Shown here: piece after piece, positions 50,735 through 60,639 of the stretch
Position numbering within the stretch: the first letter of the stretch is position 1
Layout: every line of letters begins with the position of its first letter
NCBI GenBank assembly: GCA_030603445.1
Contig: JAUVXU010000004.1
Coordinates: 42,656-106,655, forward strand
Source: Methanomicrobia archaeon
GTDB lineage: Archaea; Methanobacteriota_B; Thermococci; Methanofastidiosales; NM3
Direction of reading: 5' to 3'
Length of the DNA stretch: 64,000 nt
Position numbers and translations under genes: made by a program
The notes under the pieces: model-generated
What the model was told of the DNA's origin: nothing
Database searches by the model: none
The model's input: the letters and a program-made list of their open reading frames with translations, nothing else

Positions 50735-51500
50735 TCTTCTCACCTGTAACTTGCCCCAACAATATGTCCATATCCGGCACCTCAATGAACTTTGAGAAAT
50801 ACCTTTTAACATTTTCTATATCCCTTATAAGAAACTGGCGCGCCATTGGATTTCTCATAACAGTCCCCTGGGAGTAGTCTATCGGGTGCAGCTTCTTAGG
50901 CCCAACAAGGATGTTGTACTCGCTTAGGTCCGCGTGCACAATGCCTTCCTTATACATCCCTTTCACATACGACATGACAGTGCGAAAGTCTTTCTCTGGA
51001 TCGTCCGGGCCAGCGATTCGCAGCTGTGGGTATGCTATGCCCCCTTCACCAAGAAACTCCATAATAAGCACATTGTTTAGGATAATATGTGGTTTTGGGA
51101 CTGGAAGGTATTCTTCAAGGCGCTTTAGATTCTTAAACTCCCTCCTCCCCCATGCAAATACAACCTGGCGGTACTGCTTTTTTATGTCACTAAATCTTGG
51201 GTCTTGAACAATGTACTGCCACATATTGCGAAACGTGGCTGCGGAAATGCGATAGATCTTTATGGCCACTTCCTTTCCATCAGGGGCGTATCCCCAAAAT
51301 ACATTTGCCTCCTTTCCTGTAGATACTATGCCTTGCACCGTATCAAGCTTTCCGGCCTTTATAAGGTCGTATAGCGTCATAAGAGTTGACTTGTCAAATA
51401 CTCCGTCTCGCACCTTGAGCGTTTCAGTGCCTTTTCTCATCTTCTCTTGCTTGAGCCCTTTTTTGAACTCACGCTCGTAGAATTTGTCGACACTATTCAT
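50727..51500 (-). CDS. rio1: RIO-type serine/threonine protein kinase (Rio1)
   Basis: RIO domain with 'ISTGKEANVF', catalytic 'VHADLSEYNILV' and 'IDYSQ'. Confidence 0.85.
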   Translation of the reverse strand: MNSVDKFYEREFKKGLKQEKMRKGTETLKVRDGVFDKSTLMTLYDLIKAGKLDTVQGIVSTGKEANVFWGYAPDGKEVAIKIYRISAATFRNMWQYIVQDPRFSDIKKQYRQVVFAWGRREFKNLKRLEEYLPVPKPHIILNNVLIMEFLGEGGIAYPQLRIAGPDDPEKDFRTVMSYVKGMYKEGIVHADLSEYNILVGPKKLHPIDYSQGTVMRNPMARQFLIRDIENVKRYFSKFIEVPDMDILLGQVTGEKNE

Positions 51501-51823
51501 TTCTCGGCCTCTATGAATCCATTCTTTTTAAGATATTCAGACTCTTCCCAGCTATAGCGGTATATAACATCGAGGCGTTTGTTATCGCCAGGAATCATCT
51601 GTCTTAGCAGAACATAACTATTAACACGAAACAATACGTGGTCCCTGAACTTTCCGGGGATGCGAACAATAACATCATTTCTATTAGAGAGTGAAACTAG
51701 CAGCCTGTCGCCCCCTAACAGTTTTTCCACCCTGCCTATTATCTGCCCTTCTTTTGGCAGCATCATGCTATCTCCAACTGATAATGCTATCTTAGGGGAT
51801 AATTTTGATTTTTTCCGTGCCAT
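51497..51823 (-). CDS. eif1a: translation initiation factor aIF-1A
   Basis: 108 aa S1/OB fold 'GQIIGRVEKLLGGDRLLV'. Cluster eIF1A-Rio1-KH is conserved in archaea. Confidence 0.8.
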   Translation of the reverse strand: MARKKSKLSPKIALSVGDSMMLPKEGQIIGRVEKLLGGDRLLVSLSNRNDVIVRIPGKFRDHVLFRVNSYVLLRQMIPGDNKRLDVIYRYSWEESEYLKKNGFIEAEK

Positions 51824-51910
51824 ATTATCTATAAGTTTGATGCACCCACTTAAAAACGTTGCTTAGTGGCACAAAATAAGTATCTTTTTAAATAAAATAA
51901 AGTCTTTATA

Positions 51911-52600
51911 ATGTATATGAAGAATCTAACATCTTACCAGGAAGATATGATACGTGTTCTAGTCGAATCACGGGCACTGTCATTTGGCGAGTTCACACTT
52001 AAGAGCGGACGCATCTCACCATATTTTTTCAATATGGGAAGAGCAATATCCAATGGGATGTATCTTGCGACCGTGTCGCGATGCTACTGCGAGAAGCTTA
52101 TAGACTGCGTAGGCAATGATTTCACTTTCATCTTTGGTCCCGCATACAAGGGCATCCCGCTTGCATGCGCAATAGCGCACACTCTCTGGAGGGAGTTTGA
52201 AGTGGCTGTCAGGTGGGGATATGACAGAAAGGAGGAAAAGACATATGGTGACACCCGCGATGCCGCACTTGTAGGGAAGCTTTGCAGCAAGGACAAGGTG
52301 ATCATGGTGGATGATGTCATCACCACCGGCGACACCAAGATAGAGTCATGGAAAAAGCTTCTTGCGTTAGATAGTACATTAATCCCAAAAGGCGTTCTTG
52401 TTGCCGTTGATCGTGAGGAAAAGGACAAAAATGGCAAAATGCCAGTAAAAATACTAAAAGAAGCCGGGCTGGATTTTTTCTCCATACTAAAGGCTTCTGT
52501 TATCTTCGACTATTTGCACGATGTGAAAATAGACGGAAAGATCATCGTGAACGATGACCTATACGAACGATACCAAGACTACAGGCGCCGCTACAATTAG
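51911..52600 (+). CDS. pyrE: orotate phosphoribosyltransferase
   Basis: PRPP-binding motif 'VIMVDDVITTGDT'. 229 aa. Confidence 0.75.
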   Translation: MYMKNLTSYQEDMIRVLVESRALSFGEFTLKSGRISPYFFNMGRAISNGMYLATVSRCYCEKLIDCVGNDFTFIFGPAYKGIPLACAIAHTLWREFEVAVRWGYDRKEEKTYGDTRDAALVGKLCSKDKVIMVDDVITTGDTKIESWKKLLALDSTLIPKGVLVAVDREEKDKNGKMPVKILKEAGLDFFSILKASVIFDYLHDVKIDGKIIVNDDLYERYQDYRRRYN

Positions 52601-54072
52601 AATCTAAAGACATCAAGTATTCCGTAAAGGAAGCTTACTATGCCTTGAGTACCCCCATTGATACGGTGCTGTATCACTGATGACACCTGGCCCCTCATAG
52701 TATCGATTGGCCATGTTACCTTCCATTCCTGGGGTTCTTTAAAGACTGCTAGGTAACCTGACATCCTGAAGTAAAACACCAAGAGACGATACATTGGGAG
52801 TAGCAGCACATACTGGAAGCTATCGCTTATTGCGCCCCGCGTGTCCTTATCCGAGATAGTGTATGCTGCTAGTGTCTGTGCTACATCAAAAATCACATAA
52901 AACACGAACAGCACTACGAAAAACAGCGCTATTACGCTTTGTGAGTATCCAAATAGCGGGAATAGCAGCAATAGGAATGTCCATATGATACGAGGGAATG
53001 CAAGCGTATGGTCTATCATTAGCATCGAAGGAAGCCCAAACCTTCCAATAGTTCCATACTTATTAGAACCTATCATGTTCTTGTGTACGCCTGCGACCTC
53101 TAGTTGCCCCCGCCTCCAGCGTACGCGCTGGGCATATAAGGCCCCAGTTTCAATGACCGGTTCCACCCATACCTTTGCATCAGGGGCGAATCCGACCCCA
53201 ATGCCATGCTGATGGAGATCAAGGGAGATGTCAAAATCCTCTGACACTGTTAGATCGGAGTAAATGTGCGTCTTCTCCAAGGCTTCTTTTCTAAACGCAC
53301 TAAAAGCGCCTGAAAGCATATACTCCGAGTTCACGGCGCTTTGGTAATGGCGGCCAAGCCTAAATGAGTTCAAGTATTCAAGGAACTGGCTCTTTGCAAG
53401 AATAGATTCAAAAAACGACATCTTCTTCTCTATAGGGTTGCCGTCCTCATCCAAGATAAGGTCTCCTTCCTCATCGCGCGCCTCTAATAAGTGCCAGTTT
53501 ACCTCTATAACACCGCATGCGGCCCCTTTATCGGGATTTTCCAGCAAGTATACGACCATTTTGCGAATTGCGTTTAAGTCAAGCACGACATCTGAGTCTA
53601 TTGTCATTACTATATCGCCGTGCGCGTGGCGAATTCCCGTATTTAAGGCATGCGCCTTTCCCCTATTTGACCCATTGGAAAACAGGCGAATTGAACCTTT
53701 AAACTCTGATACTGACATGAAGTCGCCGTTGATCTTTACCTTGTTGTTGCCGTTGCCCTCTATGTTTGCAAGCGTTATGTCTGATGTAAGGTCTATTGAA
53801 CCATCATCAACCACGAGTATCTCCATCTTGTGCTGCGGATAGTCTTGCAGCTTTAGGGAGTTGAGGCAGCGCTCAATTATCTTCTCCTCATTATAAGCAG
53901 GGATGATAATAGACACGTTTGGCATGTCGTCGTCTGTATATTTGTCAGTTGATGTCTTGTTCTTTGAGAATATCACGGCGCCTACCCTAAGCATTGCGCC
54001 AACACCATCAAGGGCAAGAGGTATGAGGATCCATACACCCCATATCAAAAGCGAACGTATTAGAGGTGACAT
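52597..54072 (-). CDS. processive family-2 glycosyltransferase (cellulose/chitin/PNAG-synthase-like), membrane-embedded
   Basis: 'VSIIIPAYNEE', 'VDDGS', 'DSD' and 'QRVRWRRGQLE' (QxxRW). N- and C-terminal TM helices. Confidence 0.8.
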   Translation of the reverse strand: MSPLIRSLLIWGVWILIPLALDGVGAMLRVGAVIFSKNKTSTDKYTDDDMPNVSIIIPAYNEEKIIERCLNSLKLQDYPQHKMEILVVDDGSIDLTSDITLANIEGNGNNKVKINGDFMSVSEFKGSIRLFSNGSNRGKAHALNTGIRHAHGDIVMTIDSDVVLDLNAIRKMVVYLLENPDKGAACGVIEVNWHLLEARDEEGDLILDEDGNPIEKKMSFFESILAKSQFLEYLNSFRLGRHYQSAVNSEYMLSGAFSAFRKEALEKTHIYSDLTVSEDFDISLDLHQHGIGVGFAPDAKVWVEPVIETGALYAQRVRWRRGQLEVAGVHKNMIGSNKYGTIGRFGLPSMLMIDHTLAFPRIIWTFLLLLFPLFGYSQSVIALFFVVLFVFYVIFDVAQTLAAYTISDKDTRGAISDSFQYVLLLPMYRLLVFYFRMSGYLAVFKEPQEWKVTWPIDTMRGQVSSVIQHRINGGTQGIVSFLYGILDVFRF

Positions 54073-54684
54073 TTATTCTCCCCCCTTTCCTCGGGCAATT
54101 GCATCATTTACCACTTTCTTGCCCACTATGTTAATAGTTGGTTTAGTTATTATATACCAATATATGAACAGGACGAACACGAAAAACACCATTCTAGATA
54201 TCACAGAATGAGCCAGGTATGTGTACTCCTCTCCATAATTATGCGTGACACCAGCAATTATGCAAAGACGAATTATGTTTGCAACATACGTCAGTGCTAC
54301 ACCTAGCACTGCTGAAAAGACCTTCCTCTTGGCAACAAATCCCACATAGAAGAATATCAGCGAGAAGATAACGGAAAGCTCCAGAAGCGCCGAGCACTCT
54401 ATAGAGCATATCAGCACAGCCCATCCTGTAGGTGATGGGATAAATAGCTGATTGCTTTGGACATATCCATCAAATCCGAACTGTTGCAATAGGAAAACGG
54501 TGTGATTTAGCTCTATGTTGGCCAGTTTCGTATCATATCCTAAATTCATAAAAGCAAGGATGATAAAAAGTGTGAGTCCAAATGATCCTACTAGGTAGTA
54601 CAAAAGCCACTGCCTCTTTGAGTGAAGATATACAGTGACCAGCCCCCAAATAATCAGTAGTACAAACAGGAACATCCAGTTCAT
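54073..54684 (-). CDS. archaeosortase/exosortase-family membrane protein (short form)
   Basis: 203 aa polytopic. Candidate catalytic Cys in 'LICSIECSALLE'. Conserved Asn/Arg 'VANIIRLCIIAG' (NxxR). Stop abuts the GT2 start and its start overlaps the upstream gene by 4 nt. Confidence 0.5.
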   Translation of the reverse strand: MNWMFLFVLLIIWGLVTVYLHSKRQWLLYYLVGSFGLTLFIILAFMNLGYDTKLANIELNHTVFLLQQFGFDGYVQSNQLFIPSPTGWAVLICSIECSALLELSVIFSLIFFYVGFVAKRKVFSAVLGVALTYVANIIRLCIIAGVTHNYGEEYTYLAHSVISRMVFFVFVLFIYWYIITKPTINIVGKKVVNDAIARGKGGE

Positions 54685-55829
54685 TTGCCATCACATCCTT
54701 TTAGATTCAACACGCCATTCTTTCTCATGGAGTATCCTACTATTAACAGCAGCATGGCCAATAGCCCGATAAATCCAAGCGTGCCTAGGGAAGGGATGTA
54801 GTAAAAAGAAGCACATGACGGTCCTGCGATTATATGTGAAGGCTCGCCTGAATTGACATTTGTCTTTTGCCAGTACACACAGACCCGAAAGTCCTTTCGT
54901 AGATCGTCAGGTGTAAGGTAGAACGAGAAGTACTCGGTTGTGGTATCTCCTGGCTTCATAGTCTGTACGCCGACATTCTTGTACCTATGGTAAGGATATC
55001 CATCGTCGGTAGGATACGTTGCAACAAAATTGTTATTCTCATCATACACGTACAAGAACAGGCTGGTGTTTGACTGGGTGTTTGCCGCCGCCAGGTCGAC
55101 GCGCACAGTAATTCCGCCTGTATCTGTGTTGACAGATACTGAAGTGAAGATGACGTCGCTTTGTGTGCCTGTTGCAAATGAGTAAGTAGGACTTGTGTAA
55201 CTGCCTGTGCTATCTGTTGCAACAACGTACCATGAATATGTCGTATTGCTCTCCAGATAGCTCCATACCGTAGTAGCGGTTCCACTGCCGGTCACGGTAT
55301 CGGTGCCAATAGGTGTGTTGCCTTCCAAGTTGTAGAAGTTCACAGTGACAGTTCCTGTACCTCCTGCAATGTCTATACTAAGTGTAGTACTAGGCCCTAT
55401 TCCAGAAACTCCCGATGGCGCGGGATTTGAAAAGTCTATGCCTGGGGCACGGGTTGTGAAAGACCAGGTACCACTCGTAAGAAGAACTGTATTTGGATCG
55501 GCGTTATCTGCTACTGTGACGTACCAGGAGTAAGAGGTTGAGGGGCTTCTTCCTGGCCACTGCACGGTCGCAACGTCTACTGAATTTTGCTTTGTGGTGA
55601 CTACAGCAGAACCTAATAATGTTGATTCGCCATAAAATTTTACTAGATACTCCTTATTGTTAGCTCCATCCACTTCCACCACAAGATCCGGTGTTAAGCT
55701 GACATCTGTAGCACCATTTGCCGGTGATGGGTTCAAAACCTCAACTGTTGGTACGGCCGCTACCATCGCAATCCCAAAAGATCCAAGTAACAAACCGACT
55801 ATAATTATTACAAACACTTTATACTTCAC
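54681..55829 (-). CDS. secreted Ig-like/fibronectin-like repeat surface protein with C-terminal TM anchor + basic tail (putative sortase target)
   Basis: Signal peptide. Repeated 'SYSWYV(T/V)' beta-sandwich units rich in T/S/G. C-terminus 'YIPSLGTLGFIGLLAMLLLIVGYSMRKN'. Confidence 0.6.
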   Translation of the reverse strand: MKYKVFVIIIVGLLLGSFGIAMVAAVPTVEVLNPSPANGATDVSLTPDLVVEVDGANNKEYLVKFYGESTLLGSAVVTTKQNSVDVATVQWPGRSPSTSYSWYVTVADNADPNTVLLTSGTWSFTTRAPGIDFSNPAPSGVSGIGPSTTLSIDIAGGTGTVTVNFYNLEGNTPIGTDTVTGSGTATTVWSYLESNTTYSWYVVATDSTGSYTSPTYSFATGTQSDVIFTSVSVNTDTGGITVRVDLAAANTQSNTSLFLYVYDENNNFVATYPTDDGYPYHRYKNVGVQTMKPGDTTTEYFSFYLTPDDLRKDFRVCVYWQKTNVNSGEPSHIIAGPSCASFYYIPSLGTLGFIGLLAMLLLIVGYSMRKNGVLNLKGCDGK

Positions 55830-56056
55830 AGTAATCGCCCCAATGCAGGCATGTGTTTCTTGGAAGCCATATATAAAATATAAGAAACAGAGTTCTTTTA
55901 ATTACTAGTAACAGTTAATAAAAAAATTTATAATATTTTGTTTAGATTAATTAATTGATAAAAATAACGCTCTAAAATACCATTCAAATAAAGTATAACC
56001 TGTATAAAAGAAAATAATAAAAAAATAGGAACTTAAAAATAAAAAAAAGCAATATT

Positions 56057-57364
56057 TTATTTATTTAACACGCGCTCTACTATTCGCTTCGCCTCTCCAA
56101 GATATTTCTCTGGTTTAAGAAGGGTGTTTATCTCTTCACCAGTAAGATATTTTCCAACATCCTTATTAGAACGTACTGTCTCCACAAAGTCATCGCCATC
56201 CTGAGAAAGAGTTCGCAGCATCTCATGCGCATCCTGGCGTGAGGCGCCTTTCTTCGTAAGGGCTATCATTATTGCCTCTGCCATGTTCTTTCCCTTGCTC
56301 ATTTGAAGATTCCTCTTTATGTTTTCTGGAAAGAACACAAGGTTGTCATATACGTTGATGATTGATTTTATCATCTCATCGATAAGGATGAACGATTCAG
56401 GGATGATTGCACGCTCAGGTGCCGAATTTGTAAGATCCCTCTCATGCCACAAATTGTTGTTAAGCAGTGCAGGAATAACATTTCCATAGAGTATGCGCGC
56501 AAGACCGCACGTCTTCTCTGAATTTATTGGATTTTTCTTATGCGGCATTGTGGATGAGCCGACCTGATCTTTCTTAAACCCCTCTGCCACCTCACTTATC
56601 TCTGTTCGCTGCAGATTGCGCACCTCGGTCGCCATCTTATCCAGTAAACTTCCAAGCAGGGCAATGTTTAGGATAATTTCTGCATATATGTCACGAGGCA
56701 CTACTTGATTGGTTATATCTGCCATTTTTATGCTAAGGACCTCGCCAACGCGCTCTGCCATTTTAAGCCCATCGTCATATGATGCCATTGTTCCAACTGC
56801 CCCTGCTATCTTGCCGCAGTTGCGCTTGTGGGATACCTTAAGTCTCTCCTCACTACGCTTGAGCTCATCAAGGAAAAGTGCGAACTTCATGCCATACGTT
56901 GTTGGTATTGCATGTTGTGCATGTGTCCTTCCAACGCAGACAGTTCCGATATGCTCCCTTGCCTGCCTGGCAAGGATTGTATCTAATATTTCTATATCTG
57001 CAAGCAGTATATCCAAAGCGTCACGAAACTGCAGTGCTGATGCGGTGTCATTTATATCGTTTGATGTCGCGCCAAAGTGAACGAAACGCCCCCATTTTCC
57101 ACACTGCGCGGCAAGGACCTTTACCATGGCCATTATGTCATGATTTATCTTTTTCTCCTCTTCTAGGATAGCTTCCTTCTTGACTATCCCTAACTTTGCC
57201 TTGGCCGTTATCTCTTTTGCAGCCTCGATAGGGACGTGTCCAAGGTCGGCATGTGCTTGGGCAATTGCCGCTTCGACATCAAGCAGTAGCTGTATGCGGC
57301 TGTCCTCTTCAAAGACCGCTCTCATCTCCTTTGAGCCGTACCTGTAATCTATGGGGTGAATCAT
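56057..57364 (-). CDS. purB: adenylosuccinate lyase
   Basis: Fumarase/ASL family. 'GSSTMPHKKNP' signature. 435 aa. Confidence 0.9.
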   Translation of the reverse strand: MIHPIDYRYGSKEMRAVFEEDSRIQLLLDVEAAIAQAHADLGHVPIEAAKEITAKAKLGIVKKEAILEEEKKINHDIMAMVKVLAAQCGKWGRFVHFGATSNDINDTASALQFRDALDILLADIEILDTILARQAREHIGTVCVGRTHAQHAIPTTYGMKFALFLDELKRSEERLKVSHKRNCGKIAGAVGTMASYDDGLKMAERVGEVLSIKMADITNQVVPRDIYAEIILNIALLGSLLDKMATEVRNLQRTEISEVAEGFKKDQVGSSTMPHKKNPINSEKTCGLARILYGNVIPALLNNNLWHERDLTNSAPERAIIPESFILIDEMIKSIINVYDNLVFFPENIKRNLQMSKGKNMAEAIMIALTKKGASRQDAHEMLRTLSQDGDDFVETVRSNKDVGKYLTGEEINTLLKPEKYLGEAKRIVERVLNK

Positions 57365-57476
57365 CTTCTCGTCTCCTAATGAATGCTTTTCATTCGCTAC
57401 GTAACTTTATATGTTTTTTTGATGATTGCCCCTTATACAAAAGTGAGCAGGCAAAAAGACCGTTAATTTTAAATAC

Positions 57477-57486
57477 CTATTTATAT
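57477..57486 (+). promoter_or_regulatory. TATA box (tttatatgca) ~24 nt upstream of tRNA-Val, with A-rich BRE-like element upstream
   Basis: Position and sequence fit an archaeal TATA/BRE promoter for the tRNA start at 57506. Confidence 0.4.
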
Positions 57487-57505
57487 GCACATAAAATGCA
57501 TAAAA

Positions 57506-57583
57506 GGGCTCTTGGTCTAGCTTGGTTATGACGTCGCCTTCACACGGCGGAGGTCCTGGGTTCGATTCCCAGAGAGCCCACCA
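57506..57583 (+). tRNA. tRNA-Val (anticodon CAC), genomically encoded CCA
   Basis: Manual fold. Acceptor GGGCTCT/AGAGCCC. D-arm GTCT..TGAC. Anticodon stem TCGCC/GGCGG with loop TTCACAC. T-arm CTGGG-TTCGATT-CCCAG. Discriminator A followed by CCA. Confidence 0.9.
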
Positions 57584-57668
57584 TAACTCTTTTTATCTGG
57601 TATTATTTGTGAATATTCATTTTTTTAGAGCGGGAAGCATTGCCACTGGCTATTATATGAAAAAGATA

Positions 57669-59078
57669 TTACTTTCCAACGCCTTTCTTCTCCATCTTTC
57701 CCCATCCCCTAGAACCAAACGCATATTCTATTGTAGCACGAAAGCGCCACCATGTCTGTAATTGGCGATAACCGATATTTTCCAAAAAAGCGGCGCAAAA
57801 AAGGTGCAGGAGATGCGACGTCTTCGGGTATTTCTTAAATGACAGCTCCTCCAGTATAACAGATGTGATAGAAAGCACCATCCCGTAAAGAACTGCAACA
57901 GTCAGAAACATGATGGCAAAAGGCAAGCTAACAATACCAAACAATGCTGACAAAATAAACACAATGTACCCGCTAAATTCGACAAACGGCCCGAGCATCT
58001 CAAATATCACAAAGTAGGGGAATGCAAAAAATCCCACCCAGCCATAATCGGTGTTTAGGAACATATCTTTATGTAGCATTATTGATTGTATCGTTCCCTT
58101 CTGCCAACGAACGCGTTGGCTCCTAAGCACTTTCAACGTTTCTGGTGCCTCTGTCCAGCACACCGGATCTGGGACAAATGTGATGCGTGTATTTGGGTTT
58201 TGACGCCTGAGTATCTTATGCATCCTAACCACTAGTTCCATATCCTCCCCGATACAGCCTGCCCTATATCCGCCCACCTTCAGAACAGCATCTTTTGAGA
58301 AGCACCCAAACGCGCCGGAAATAATAAGCATGGCATTAACCGCATCAAATCCTGTCCTGCCGAACAAAAATGCCCTGAGGTACTCCACGACCTGGAACTT
58401 TCCTATAAATTTTTTTGGTGGGGCAATTTCTAGTACTCTGCCCTGTTCCACTTTGCACCCATTTGCTATACGGACAATTCCTCCTACTGCAATGACATTT
58501 TCGTCCTCTACGAAAGGCCGGACCACCTTTAAAAGACAGTCGCGCTCGAGGATGGAATCCGCATCTATGACACATATCAATGGATCCTTAGATGCGTTTA
58601 TGCCTGTGTTTATGGCATCTGCCTTTCCTCCATTCTCCTTATCTATTACCAAAAGAGACGGATGCTCTTTTGATCTGTAAAATCCCCTCACAGGCATTGT
58701 ATCAATACTATCCACCATGCCATACGGGACCCGCTTCATGGAGAAGTGGGATATTAAATTATTTAAGGTATCATCTTTTGAACCGTCGTTGACGACTATT
58801 ACGTGAAAATCAGGGTACTCAAGCTGTAAAAAAGCGCTGGTGCTATTAATTATGCTATTGCCTTCATTATATGCTGGCACTATAACAGAGACAGCTTTTG
58901 TATTTCCATAACGAAACAGGTCCTTTATATCTATGTAAGAGACCTTTGCCGAATATTTTCTTATTGTCTTAAATGAAACAAAGCATAGGACAAAATAAAT
59001 CGTGCCTATTGTAAGCAGATATGTAAGCGCAAAATAATTGTAGATGTATAAAGCTCCTATTATGCTTATATTAACCAC
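57669..59078 (-). CDS. processive family-2 glycosyltransferase (PgaC/cellulose-synthase-like) with N- and C-terminal TM helices
   Basis: 'VSVIVPAYNEG', 'VVNDGS', 'DAD' and 'QRVRWQKGTIQ' (QxxRW). Confidence 0.8.
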   Translation of the reverse strand: MVNISIIGALYIYNYFALTYLLTIGTIYFVLCFVSFKTIRKYSAKVSYIDIKDLFRYGNTKAVSVIVPAYNEGNSIINSTSAFLQLEYPDFHVIVVNDGSKDDTLNNLISHFSMKRVPYGMVDSIDTMPVRGFYRSKEHPSLLVIDKENGGKADAINTGINASKDPLICVIDADSILERDCLLKVVRPFVEDENVIAVGGIVRIANGCKVEQGRVLEIAPPKKFIGKFQVVEYLRAFLFGRTGFDAVNAMLIISGAFGCFSKDAVLKVGGYRAGCIGEDMELVVRMHKILRRQNPNTRITFVPDPVCWTEAPETLKVLRSQRVRWQKGTIQSIMLHKDMFLNTDYGWVGFFAFPYFVIFEMLGPFVEFSGYIVFILSALFGIVSLPFAIMFLTVAVLYGMVLSITSVILEELSFKKYPKTSHLLHLFCAAFLENIGYRQLQTWWRFRATIEYAFGSRGWGKMEKKGVGK

Positions 59079-60147
59079 CTACCTTCATGTCTGTGAGCAG
59101 GATTCTTGTAACAGAGGCCGCCTTTTTGTTCTTTGAATGTTGTGCAATTACTGAAAGTGCCTCCCTTCCTTTCCTTGACAAGCTAAACAGCGCCTCTGCT
59201 GCACGGTAGCGCACCCACCAGTTTTCGTCGCCAAGATATACTACAAGCTCTTCCTCTACTGAATCATCACCAATCCTTCCCAAGGCCCATATTGCAAGGC
59301 TGCGAACACGCCAGTCTGCATCATTCATGCATTCCCTTAAAGATGGCATGGCGCCCAAATACTCTATTTTACCCACGGCCCTTATACAATTAATGCGGAC
59401 ATCATACCCTGGTGTCGCATCCAGGATGCATAATATCTCCTCGCCTGCAGGATAGTATCTGTAGTGCCCTAGCGCGTCCACGATAAGTGAGATGGAAAAC
59501 GCATCTGGCTCCCCTTTCAGATACCATAACAACGGCTGGCAAGCGTCAGTGCCAAACTCGAACAATATCGATAGCAAAAGATCCCTGCTTGGTTTTTTTC
59601 TGATGCGAAACTGCCCCAGGATTATTCCAAGCGTATCTATGGCCCCGATTTTCGCTAAGCTAAGGGCGCAGTTAAAATATACCCCTTCGTCCTTATCCTC
59701 CAAGCCCCGTATTAGGTGTTCTTTCGCCTGGCGGGCCCTTACCAACCCGATAAAGAAAGCGGACTCGCTACGGACCTGTTCGTCTCCGTGTACAAGCTGA
59801 TCTATTAAACATGAAAAAAGGTCTGTATTAGTGACTAGTGCAGATAACTTCTCAAAATCATCTCCCTTCAGCGCGAGCAGATAGCTTTTCAAAAAGTGCT
59901 GGAAGTAAGCATAACGGGCCCTTGGAACGAGAGCCATGATCTCTTGGGTGGTTTTTTCACCTTCAAGGTACTGAAAAACCATCTTCTCCCATCCCGCGTA
60001 AAGCTTAAACTGCTTTTTTTTAGAACTGTTGCTTACGAATCGCAAGAAGAAGCAGTACAGTATCAACATCCCTACAACAAACAAGAGCGCAAGTACTGCC
60101 ATTGTGGTGGTCCAAAGAGCCCCTTGATTGAAGAACTTCCCTATCAT
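59071..60147 (-). CDS. HEAT/PBS-lyase repeat protein with N-terminal TM anchor
   Basis: N-terminal TM 'ALWTTTMAVLALLFVVGMLILYCFFL'. Repeated 'VRxxAxxALGxIG' HEAT-like units. Overlaps the GT2 start by 8 nt. Confidence 0.6.
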   Translation of the reverse strand: MIGKFFNQGALWTTTMAVLALLFVVGMLILYCFFLRFVSNSSKKKQFKLYAGWEKMVFQYLEGEKTTQEIMALVPRARYAYFQHFLKSYLLALKGDDFEKLSALVTNTDLFSCLIDQLVHGDEQVRSESAFFIGLVRARQAKEHLIRGLEDKDEGVYFNCALSLAKIGAIDTLGIILGQFRIRKKPSRDLLLSILFEFGTDACQPLLWYLKGEPDAFSISLIVDALGHYRYYPAGEEILCILDATPGYDVRINCIRAVGKIEYLGAMPSLRECMNDADWRVRSLAIWALGRIGDDSVEEELVVYLGDENWWVRYRAAEALFSLSRKGREALSVIAQHSKNKKAASVTRILLTDMKVGG

Positions 60148-60184
60148 TTTACCCCTTCTTTAGCGATTATTTGTTCTTGAAAAT

Positions 60185-60583
60185 TTACTGCAAAAACTGC
60201 CATGAGATAGCCTTATTCACTCTTGCCACCAGTTCAGAAGGGGCGAATGGTTTTGTCAAGTAGTCTGTTGCCCCATCCCCCAAGCCTTTCACGACGTCGC
60301 TCTCCTGGCCCTTGGCAGAAAGTATTATTGTGGGAATAGATACTGTTTTTGGATTTGCCCTTATATCCCTTAAAATACTGATGCCATCTCGCAAAGGCAT
60401 CATTACATCTAACAAAACGATGTCTGGGATCGTCTCAATGATAGCCTCTATAACACCCTCCCCATCAGGGAAGTGGGTGACCTTAAATTCCTCCCGTTCC
60501 AGCTTGAATTTGACCAAACGAGCAATATCCAGGTCATCTTCTGCATAGATTATCGTCTTTTGTACCTTATTACCTTTGCTCAT
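60185..60583 (-). CDS. stand-alone CheY-like response regulator receiver
   Basis: 'IIYAEDD', phospho-acceptor 'VLLDVMMP', 'SAKG' and 'YLTKPF'. No output domain. Confidence 0.85.
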   Translation of the reverse strand: MSKGNKVQKTIIYAEDDLDIARLVKFKLEREEFKVTHFPDGEGVIEAIIETIPDIVLLDVMMPLRDGISILRDIRANPKTVSIPTIILSAKGQESDVVKGLGDGATDYLTKPFAPSELVARVNKAISWQFLQ

Positions 60584-60639
60584 GATATATTCTCCTTGAA
60601 TTGAGTAGATTATAAACTTTTTCTTGTTTAATGATATTA

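Noticed and set aside
57522-57761. 79-aa ORF overlapping the tRNA-Val gene
   Set aside because: It spans the tRNA and its T-rich terminator. There is no RBS. It is an artefact of ORF calling across an RNA gene.
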